Shown: one piece after another, positions 12,358-19,250 of the stretch | How positions within the stretch are numbered: position 1 is the first letter of the stretch | Layout: every line of letters starts with the position of its first letter | Assembly (NCBI GenBank): GCA_031260745.1 | Contig: JAISKY010000212.1 | Span: 1-26,668, forward strand | Source of the DNA: Oscillospiraceae bacterium | GTDB taxonomy: Bacteria > Bacillota > Clostridia > Oscillospirales > Oscillospiraceae | Reading direction: 5' to 3' | Length of the DNA stretch: 26,668 bases | Made by a program: the position numbers and the translations under genes | Notes under the pieces: generated by a model | Told to the model about the DNA's origin: nothing | What the model saw: the letters and a program-made list of their open reading frames with translations, nothing else | Databases searched by the model: none

Positions 12358-13311
12358 TTAGTGTATACGAACAGTAAACCCGCGCGCTTCTAACTGAGCT
12401 TTGCGTTCCTCCATAAGCGCGTCGGAGGGCGGCTCCGCGACGAACACCTGTTCATTCGTCAGCAGACGGTCGTATTTGGAGATTCCCATTTTGTGGTACG
12501 GTAAAAGCTGTATGTTAATTACCGCGTCCTTAACGGTAGTCAGGAACTCGCCGTATTTGTCGAAATGCTCCCGCGAGTCGTTGAACATAGGCATAACGGG
12601 AATCCGAATCCAGAGTTTGCCGCCGTGTTCCGCGATTTTCTGAGCGTTTTCGAGGATAAGCTCGTTCGGTACTCCGATAACCTGTTTGTGCATCGCGCTG
12701 TCCATACATTTCAGGTCGTACAGGAACATATCGGTGTACGGCAGCGCGCGTTCGATTGCGCTCCAAGGCACGAAGCCCGTAGTATCGACCGCGGTATTAA
12801 TACCGTTCTCTTTGCATTGCCGTAAAAGCTCGATGGTGAAATCCGGTTGGCTAAGGCACTCGCCGCCGGAAACGGTTACGCCGCCGCCGGAGGTTTCATA
12901 AAACGGTTTGTCGTGAGTAAGCCGCCGCATAACCTCGGCGATTGTCATATCCGTGCCGCACATATATAAAGCGGTAGCCTTACAGGCTTTAGCGCAAAGT
13001 CCGCACTCGTCGCAGTTGGTTTTATCAACCGCCGGAAACGTAATTGAGTCGCCCAGCGCGTTTATCGTAGTTTCACCGCGAGTAATACAACCTTTCGGAC
13101 ACGCGTTAACGCAGTAACCGCAAGCGTCAATCCCAAGACAGCGAATACTCATCCAGTTAAGCTCGGTGTTGAAGCGTTGAGACTCTGGACTGTGGCACCA
13201 CGGACATCGAAGCGGACAGCCTTTAAGGAAAACGGTAGTGCGTACTCCGGGTCCGTCTTGCACAGAGAAGCCCTGAATATCGTATGTTTTCCCGGTTATT
13301 TCGTTAGTCAA
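12358..13311 (-). CDS. Glycyl-radical enzyme activating protein (radical SAM) with ferredoxin-like insert
   Basis: IQGFSVQDGPGVRTTVFLKGCPLRCPWCHSPES, two extra Cys clusters (CLGIDACGYCVNAC; CDECGLCAKAC), SGGGVTVSGGE, NTAVDTTG, LLPYHKMG. Start set at TTG 13311 behind GGGGAGG RBS. Confidence 0.93.
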   Translation of the reverse strand: MTNEITGKTYDIQGFSVQDGPGVRTTVFLKGCPLRCPWCHSPESQRFNTELNWMSIRCLGIDACGYCVNACPKGCITRGETTINALGDSITFPAVDKTNCDECGLCAKACKATALYMCGTDMTIAEVMRRLTHDKPFYETSGGGVTVSGGECLSQPDFTIELLRQCKENGINTAVDTTGFVPWSAIERALPYTDMFLYDLKCMDSAMHKQVIGVPNELILENAQKIAEHGGKLWIRIPVMPMFNDSREHFDKYGEFLTTVKDAVINIQLLPYHKMGISKYDRLLTNEQVFVAEPPSDALMEERKAQLEARGFTVRIH

Positions 13312-13350
13312 ATTATGTATCCTCCCCCATATTAGGTTTCGTATGCACAT

Positions 13351-13379
13351 ATTGTAACACATCGCAAGGGAATTGTCAA
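13351..13379 (-). promoter_or_regulatory. sigma70/sigmaA-type promoter for the activase gene
   Basis: Minus strand TTGACA (13379-13374), 17 nt spacer, TGn-TACAAT (13356-13351). Confidence 0.8.
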
Positions 13380-13409
13380 CGAAAAATCGCTTACAGCGAT
13401 AAACCGCTG

Positions 13410-13438
13410 TTGACTTTACGAACCGGATATATTATAAT
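13410..13438 (+). promoter_or_regulatory. sigma70/sigmaA-type promoter for mnmE, predicted leaderless
   Basis: TTGACT (13410-13415), 17 nt, TATAAT (13433-13438), ATG 6 nt later, no SD. Confidence 0.8.
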
Positions 13439-13444
13439 AGCGTT

Positions 13445-14776
13445 ATGTTTTATATGAATGATACAATCGCGGCGGTAAGTACCGCGCTCGCGCGGTCCGG
13501 AGTCGCCGTTATAAGAATCAGCGGAGCGGAAGCCGCGACCATCGCCAAGCGAATGTTCGCGAAACCTCTGGTTCCACGCAAAGCCGTTTACGGCGATTTG
13601 CTAAGCGAGTCCGGCGTGTTGCTGGACAATATTGTCGCGCTGTATTTTCCGGCTCCGAACAGCTACACCGGTGAGGAAGTCGTAGAGTTCCATTGCCACG
13701 GAAGTCCCGCTTTGGTCGTGGTCGTACTGAAAGCGGCTTTCGCGCTGGGAGCGCGTCAGGCGTTAGCCGGGGAGTTCACCAAACGCGCGTTTTTGAACGG
13801 TAAACTTGACCTGATACAAGCCGAAGCGGTCGCCGACCTAATAGACGCCGAGACGGAACAGGCGGCGGTTAACGCCGCGTCGCAGTTATCAGGGGCAATC
13901 TCCAAACAAATAACGCGGGTCTACGACGACCTTACGGGGCTTATGGCTCACTTTTACGCCGCGGTCGATTACCCCGAGGAAGATATTGAACCTCAGAACG
14001 ACATTCTTGACGTAGCGCGAAACTCTATTGACGCGCTTACTAAACTTGAAGCTACGTTCGAGAAAGGCCGTATCGTTAAGGACGGATTATCGGTGGTGAT
14101 TTTAGGCAAGCCTAACGTCGGCAAATCGTCGCTTTTGAACGCGCTCGTCGGCTTTGACCGAGCGATTGTTACCGCTACTCCGGGTACGACCCGCGACACA
14201 ATTGAGGATAGTACGGTGATTAACGGTCTGCGGCTACGTCTGACGGATACCGCGGGAATCCGCGAATCCTCCGACGCGATTGAGCGTCTTGGTATTGAGC
14301 GCAGCGAGGATTCCGTAGCCTACGCCGATGTGATTGTGGTCGCGCTTGACGCGTCGGCTCCGCTTGACGCCGAGGACGATGCGGTAATTGAGCTTGCGGA
14401 ACGCTCCGGCAAACCCGTTTTTACGGTACTGAATAAGTCCGACTTGCCTAGAGTTTGCTTAGCCGAAGGCATTCCCGTTTCAGCGAAAACCGGCGACGGA
14501 ATCGTGGAGTTTGGCAAAGCTCTGACGTCCCGATTCGCGACTGCCGATACGGCGGTTCAGACGGCTCTGCTCTCCAACGAGCGTCAGCACAGTTTAGTGG
14601 TTAACGCAATTTCAACTCTTAAACTATTGCTAGAGAACTTACAAACCGCGGGAGTTTCGGCGGAAACGCTAAGCGACGCGGAGTTCGCTTTGAATTGCCT
14701 AGCGGAGGCAATCGGACGTAAAGTTCAGGACGATATAGTTGAAACGATTTTCTCCCGCTTCTGCGTGGGCAAGTAA
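13445..14776 (+). CDS. mnmE: tRNA modification GTPase MnmE (TrmE)
   Basis: DTIAAVST, SYTGEEVVEFHCHG, GEFTKRAFLNGKLDL.QAEAV, GKPNVGKSS, GTTRD, DTAG, NKSD, IFSRFCVGK. Confidence 0.99.
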   Translation: MFYMNDTIAAVSTALARSGVAVIRISGAEAATIAKRMFAKPLVPRKAVYGDLLSESGVLLDNIVALYFPAPNSYTGEEVVEFHCHGSPALVVVVLKAAFALGARQALAGEFTKRAFLNGKLDLIQAEAVADLIDAETEQAAVNAASQLSGAISKQITRVYDDLTGLMAHFYAAVDYPEEDIEPQNDILDVARNSIDALTKLEATFEKGRIVKDGLSVVILGKPNVGKSSLLNALVGFDRAIVTATPGTTRDTIEDSTVINGLRLRLTDTAGIRESSDAIERLGIERSEDSVAYADVIVVALDASAPLDAEDDAVIELAERSGKPVFTVLNKSDLPRVCLAEGIPVSAKTGDGIVEFGKALTSRFATADTAVQTALLSNERQHSLVVNAISTLKLLLENLQTAGVSAETLSDAEFALNCLAEAIGRKVQDDIVETIFSRFCVGK

Positions 14777-14794
14777 GAATCAAAACGACTTCTT

Positions 14795-15496
14795 TTATCT
14801 GTTGTAGTCAGAATCATATCCCTGATAATCAATGACTTTTTCTGCGGTTATAATACCACAATTATCACATTTTAACGTTTTATTTGTTATTGTCATATCA
14901 TAACCATTTATATGCCTTTCATTATGCGAAGAACTATCTATGACTTTGAATTTATGGTAGGCTGTACCACACAATGTACATATACAGCCTTCGATTATAT
15001 GTTCGCCATTAGTTAGTTTCAAACATGCGTGCCTACGCCAATCATCATTAGAAAAATTTACTGCAATATCTGTCAAAATTGATTTATCAGTCAATTTATC
15101 CAACAATTTAGAACGTATATTGGGGTCGTCATTATTCCTGAAAATATCCGCGAATAGCTCCTGTTTAAGGGATTGGTCTGTAATTTTATCAACAATTTGC
15201 AGACGGAAATCCACAGACGAGGGTACTTTAGCCAAATCCGCAAATATCTTTTGCGCAAGGGATTGGTCAATTAGTTTTTCAGCTGCCTGTACACGAATAG
15301 CTGCATCCTCCCCGTTTTTAGCAATATCGGCAAGTATCTTTTGGTCAGTTAGTTTATTAAGCGCCTGTTCCCTGGCCCAATATTGCCTTGCTTGTCGCGC
15401 AACTCGCGCGAGTTTAGTTTGACTGTTCATTTCATTTATAGCCTTGGATACTTTTTCATCGTTATTGCTCAGCCATTTCGGCTTGAATAGTCCCAT
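14795..15496 (-). CDS. Hypothetical protein with HEAT-like helical repeats and Cys/His-rich C-terminus
   Basis: 233-aa AT-rich ORF with GAGGGG RBS; 4-5 repeats of K(L/I)xD(Q/K)xx(L)...DIA...R; C-terminal HxxxxCxCxxC-x4-H and CxxC. Confidence 0.75.
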   Translation of the reverse strand: MGLFKPKWLSNNDEKVSKAINEMNSQTKLARVARQARQYWAREQALNKLTDQKILADIAKNGEDAAIRVQAAEKLIDQSLAQKIFADLAKVPSSVDFRLQIVDKITDQSLKQELFADIFRNNDDPNIRSKLLDKLTDKSILTDIAVNFSNDDWRRHACLKLTNGEHIIEGCICTLCGTAYHKFKVIDSSSHNERHINGYDMTITNKTLKCDNCGIITAEKVIDYQGYDSDYNR

Positions 15497-15575
15497 AACG
15501 TCCCCTCTTAGATGTACTTCTCACTGCATAGTTTAGCAGACACTGCGCGGCAAATTCCAATTTATTTGCGCTTTC

Positions 15576-15604
15576 ATTATAGCGCGGCATAGCGGTAAAC
15601 GCAA
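15576..15604 (-). promoter_or_regulatory. sigma70-type promoter for the repeat-protein gene
   Basis: Minus strand TTGCGT (15604-15599), 17 nt, TATAAT (15581-15576), ~70-nt leader. Confidence 0.6.
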
Positions 15605-15668
15605 TACCTAAATAGCGTAATCGTATATATTTTTCATTATATCATTAAAACATACAAGGAGATACGCG

Positions 15669-16907
15669 ATGCTATTTTCAGACATACTCTACCTAGCGCC
15701 GGACTTCGAGTTGAAACGCGGTTCCGTCCGAGTTGAAAGCGGCAAAATTGCCGAGATTTCGGTTGAAAGGATAGTTGAAAGCCACGGCGAGGTCATCAAC
15801 GGAACGAATAGACTGTTGATTCCGGGGTTGGTTAACTCGCACTGCCACGTGCCTATGACGCTGTTGAGGGGTTGGGGCGAGGGCTTGCCGCTTGACCGCT
15901 GGCTTGAGGAAAAAGTCTATCCGTTCGAGGCGAAACTGACTGACGACGACGTGTACCGGGGCAGTTTAATCGGTATCGCGGAGATGCTCGCGTCCGGCGT
16001 GACGCGGTTCTACGAGATGTACGACCATTGCGGAGCAATATGCGACGCGGTTGAACTCGCCGGGATTCGCGGCAACATTACACGCGGATTGTTGAGTTTT
16101 GACAGCTCGGGGTTGAAAGGTTCTCAGCGGTTGAAAGAGTCGGAGGAAGTATTCAACCGGAAGTCGGAGCTTGTAACTCCGGAAGTCGCGCTGCACTCCG
16201 AGTATACCTCGAACGAAACCTACGTACGCGAGGTCGCGGAGTACGCGAAATCGCGCGGCGCGAAAATTCAGGTACACGTTTCGGAAACGCTGAAAGAGCA
16301 TAACGAGTGCGTTGCGCGTCGCGGTGTTACTCCGACGGAATACCTCGCGAATTGCGGATTGTTCGATGTTCCGGCTACCGCGGCGCATTGCGTCAGCGTT
16401 ACCGACCGCGACATTGACATTTTGAAAGCTCACAACGTAACCGTCGCGCATTGCCCGGAGAGCAACCTGAAACTGAACAGCGGAATCGCTCCGGTTCGTA
16501 AACTGCTTGACGCGGGCGTAAGCGTCGCGCTTGGTACGGACGGAGCTTCAAGCAACAATAACCAAAATTTGTTCGAGGAAATGCACGTCGCGGCTTTGCT
16601 TGGTCAAATGAACAGCGAGAATCCGCTAAGTCCCGCGGAAATCCTAAAAACGGCGGTTCGCGGAAACTCGATAACGGTCGGCGCGGACGCTGACCTCGCC
16701 GTGATTAATTTACAAAAACCGCATTTAGTTCCGGCTCACGATTTGCTTGCGAATTTGGTGTTCTCCGCTCAGGCAAGCGACGTTGAGATGACAATAGTAA
16801 ACGGCAAAATCGTCTACCGCGACGGCAGCGTGACCGGATTTGACATAAACGACGCAATTGAAAAAGCGTCAGCGGCGGCGGCAAGACTTGCGGGAGAACT
16901 AAAATAA
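15669..16907 (+). CDS. mtaD: Amidohydrolase, 5'-methylthioadenosine/S-adenosylhomocysteine deaminase-like
   Basis: PGLVNSHCHVPMTLLRG (HxH), IAEMLASGVT, HVSET, AAHCV, HCPESNLKL.SGIAP, GTDGASSNN, LVFSAQASDVEMTIVNG; AAGGAG RBS. Exact substrate not determinable. Confidence 0.8.
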   Translation: MLFSDILYLAPDFELKRGSVRVESGKIAEISVERIVESHGEVINGTNRLLIPGLVNSHCHVPMTLLRGWGEGLPLDRWLEEKVYPFEAKLTDDDVYRGSLIGIAEMLASGVTRFYEMYDHCGAICDAVELAGIRGNITRGLLSFDSSGLKGSQRLKESEEVFNRKSELVTPEVALHSEYTSNETYVREVAEYAKSRGAKIQVHVSETLKEHNECVARRGVTPTEYLANCGLFDVPATAAHCVSVTDRDIDILKAHNVTVAHCPESNLKLNSGIAPVRKLLDAGVSVALGTDGASSNNNQNLFEEMHVAALLGQMNSENPLSPAEILKTAVRGNSITVGADADLAVINLQKPHLVPAHDLLANLVFSAQASDVEMTIVNGKIVYRDGSVTGFDINDAIEKASAAAARLAGELK

Positions 16908-16924
16908 AGCACCTTAGTTATACG

Positions 16925-18022
16925 TCAATTGTCCTTTAGAATCGCATCGGCGATACGCTTACTCGCAAAGCCGTCGCCGAACGGGTTTAGCGCGTTTGAC
17001 ATATTAGCGTAAAGCTCGCGGTTTGTGAATAGCTCGCGTAAGTTTTCGTAGACGGTTTGTTCATTGGTGCCGACGAGTTTAAGTGTCCCGGCGGTAATTC
17101 CCTCCGGGCGCTCCGTCACGTCGCGGGCAACCAGCACGGGCTTGTTAAGACCCGCCGCGCCCTCCTGCAATCCGCCGCTGTCGGTTAATATGAAATAACA
17201 TTTATTCATAAAATTGTGGCAATCCGTAACCTCCAGCGGGTCAATCAGCGTTACGCGCTCCACCCCGCCGAGTTCCGAGTCCGCCGCTTCGCGGACGGCG
17301 GGGTTTAGGTGAACGGGGAAAATAACGGCGACGTCCTCAAACTCTCCGACAAAACGCTTAACGGCGCGGAATACGGAGCGCATTGGCTCACCAAGATTCT
17401 CGCGGCGGTGGCACTCCATAAAAACCGGCGTCAGACCGCTTACGCTTTCGAGTACCGCGTGGGAATAGTCCTCGCGGACGGTGTAACGCAACGCGTCAAT
17501 CTCCGTGTTTCCGGTTACGATAATCTTTGAGGGGTCTTTGCCCTCGCGGAGCAGATTCTCGCGGCTATGCTCGGTGGGAGCGAAATATAGGTCTGCAATG
17601 TCGTCGATTACCTGACGATAGACTTCCTCCGGATACGGCGCGAGCTTATCCCACGTCCTAAGTCCCGCCTCCACGTGTCCGACCGGAATCTGTTTGTGGA
17701 ACGCGGCAAGCGACGCGGCGAACGCGGTTCCCGTATCGCCGTGGACGAGCAGAAGGTCGGGGCGGTACTCGTCAAGTACGCCCTCCATACCTTGCAGGGA
17801 GTTACACACGATGTCGGTCAACGTCTGACGCTCCCGCATAATGTTCAGGTCAAAGTCGGGAGTAATGCCGAACGCGGTCAAAACCTGGTCGAGCATTTCG
17901 CGGTGTTGTGCGGTAACGCACAGCTTGGTTTCGCACTCCGAGCGCGATTTAAGTTCCAGATATAGCGACGCCATCTTGACCGCCTCCGGTCGCGTACCAA
18001 ACGTAAGTAGTATTTTTTTCAT
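16925..18022 (-). CDS. wecB: UDP-N-acetylglucosamine 2-epimerase (non-hydrolysing)
   Basis: FGTRPEAVKMA, TAQHREMLDQV, VHGDT, GHVEAGLRT, PYPEE, HRREN, PVHLNP, TDSGGLQE, TERPEG, NPFGDGFAS. Start set at ATG 18022 behind GAGGGG. Confidence 0.97.
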   Translation of the reverse strand: MKKILLTFGTRPEAVKMASLYLELKSRSECETKLCVTAQHREMLDQVLTAFGITPDFDLNIMRERQTLTDIVCNSLQGMEGVLDEYRPDLLLVHGDTGTAFAASLAAFHKQIPVGHVEAGLRTWDKLAPYPEEVYRQVIDDIADLYFAPTEHSRENLLREGKDPSKIIVTGNTEIDALRYTVREDYSHAVLESVSGLTPVFMECHRRENLGEPMRSVFRAVKRFVGEFEDVAVIFPVHLNPAVREAADSELGGVERVTLIDPLEVTDCHNFMNKCYFILTDSGGLQEGAAGLNKPVLVARDVTERPEGITAGTLKLVGTNEQTVYENLRELFTNRELYANMSNALNPFGDGFASKRIADAILKDN

Positions 18023-18041
18023 TGTTCTTCCCCTCGTAAAT

Positions 18042-18154
18042 AGAGCAGAGAGTAGAACGCAGAGAGCAGAAATACCCAATTTGAATCTATTCTCGTATTT
18101 AGCATAGAAAAACAGTATAGGTATCTCTGCTTTCTGCTTTCTACTCTCTGCTTT
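18042..18154. repeat. Inverted repeat of tandem heptamers (A(G/A)AGCAG)n ... (CTGCT(T/C)T)n
   Basis: Left 18042-18076 AGAGCAG AGAGTAG AACGCAG AGAGCAG AAATACC; right 18120-18154 GGTATCT CTGCTTT CTGCTTT CTACTCT CTGCTTT; 31/35 identical to each other's reverse complement; 43-nt spacer. Confidence 0.9.
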
Positions 18155-18164
18155 AATTCTACTA

Positions 18165-18198
18165 TTGACATTCTAGCACATTTGAGGTAAAATTGCAA
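18165..18198. promoter_or_regulatory. Overlapping divergent sigma70 promoters for ispG-polC (+) and wecB (-)
   Basis: +: TTGACA 18165-18170, 17 nt, TAAAAT 18188-18193. -: TTGCAA 18198-18193, 17 nt, TGn-TAGAAT 18175-18170. Confidence 0.75.
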
Positions 18199-18200
18199 GT

Positions 18201-19250
18201 ATGAGTAAACAGATTAGCGTGGGAGCCGTAAAAATCGGCGGCGGCGCTCCCATAAGTATACAGTCGATGACAAATACCGACACGTCGGACGTTAAGGCGA
18301 CCTCGGAGCAGATTAACGCGCTCGCGGCGGCGGGCTGCGACATTGTGCGTGTTGCCGTACCCGACCGTAAAGCCGCCGAAGCGACAGCGGAGATTAAAAA
18401 GCTCGTCAGCGTTCCGATTGTCGCGGACATTCACTTTAACTACAAACTCGCGCTGATTTGCGTGGAAAACGGCGTTGACAAAATCCGAATTAACCCGGGA
18501 AATATCGGCGGAGCGGATAACGTCAGAGCGGTCGTAGACGCGTGTAAGTCGCGAGGTATTCCGATTCGTATCGGGGTTAACGCCGGTTCGCTTGAGAAAG
18601 ATATACTCGCGAAGTGGGGCAAAATCTGCGCGGAGGCGTTAGCCGAAAGCGCGGAGGGTCACGCGCGGCTATTAGAGGACGCCGGATTTGAGGACATTTG
18701 CGTGTCTATGAAAGGTTCAGATGTTCCGAGTACGGTACAGGCGTATGAAATTTTCCGCTCGAAGCGTGATTATCCGTTGCATTTGGGCGTAACGCACGTC
18801 GGCGGCGGAACGGGCGCGGCGGTTAAGGCGGCGGTGGGAATCGGCTCGCTGCTGTTAAAAGGAATCGGCGATACTATTCGCGTGTCGATGATGGGCGAAC
18901 CGACTCAGGAGGTCGTTATTGCCCGGGAAATACTTTACGCGGTCGGGCTTAGGCGTCCGGAGTTGGAGATAATCTCCTGTCCGACGTGCGGACGCTGCAA
19001 GGTTGATTTGGAGGAATACGTCGAGCGTACAAAAACCGCTTTGAATAATGTAAAATCGGATTCTCCGCTTAGGGTCGCGGTAATGGGTTGCGAAGTCAAC
19101 GGACCCGGCGAGGGTAAAGATTGCGACTTCGGGCTTGCGTGCGGCCCTAAGAACGGCATACTATTTGCAGGAGGTCAAACGGTGAAAAAAGTCCCGGTCG
19201 AATCGGGTGTAGACGAGCTTTGCGCATTAATCGAGGGAGCGATAAAATAA
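18201..19250 (+). CDS. ispG: 4-hydroxy-3-methylbut-2-enyl diphosphate synthase (GcpE)
   Basis: PISIQSMTNT, GCDIVRVAVP, VADIHF, RINPGNIG, IRIGVNAGSL, GDTIRVS, SCPTCGRC, VMGCEVNGPGE. Confidence 0.98.
   Translation: MSKQISVGAVKIGGGAPISIQSMTNTDTSDVKATSEQINALAAAGCDIVRVAVPDRKAAEATAEIKKLVSVPIVADIHFNYKLALICVENGVDKIRINPGNIGGADNVRAVVDACKSRGIPIRIGVNAGSLEKDILAKWGKICAEALAESAEGHARLLEDAGFEDICVSMKGSDVPSTVQAYEIFRSKRDYPLHLGVTHVGGGTGAAVKAAVGIGSLLLKGIGDTIRVSMMGEPTQEVVIAREILYAVGLRRPELEIISCPTCGRCKVDLEEYVERTKTALNNVKSDSPLRVAVMGCEVNGPGEGKDCDFGLACGPKNGILFAGGQTVKKVPVESGVDELCALIEGAIK

Noticed and set aside
15497-15575. Riboswitch in the leader of the repeat-protein gene
   Set aside because: Only two small hairpins; I could not match any riboswitch consensus I know.
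18023-18079. 19-aa N-terminal extension of WecB from the ORF track
   Set aside because: It translates the heptamer repeat; family homology starts at MKKILLTFGTRP with its own RBS.
18042-18154. CRISPR array interpretation of the heptamer or nonamer repeats
   Set aside because: Units are 7-10 nt, directly abutting and inverted, with no unique spacers and no cas genes.
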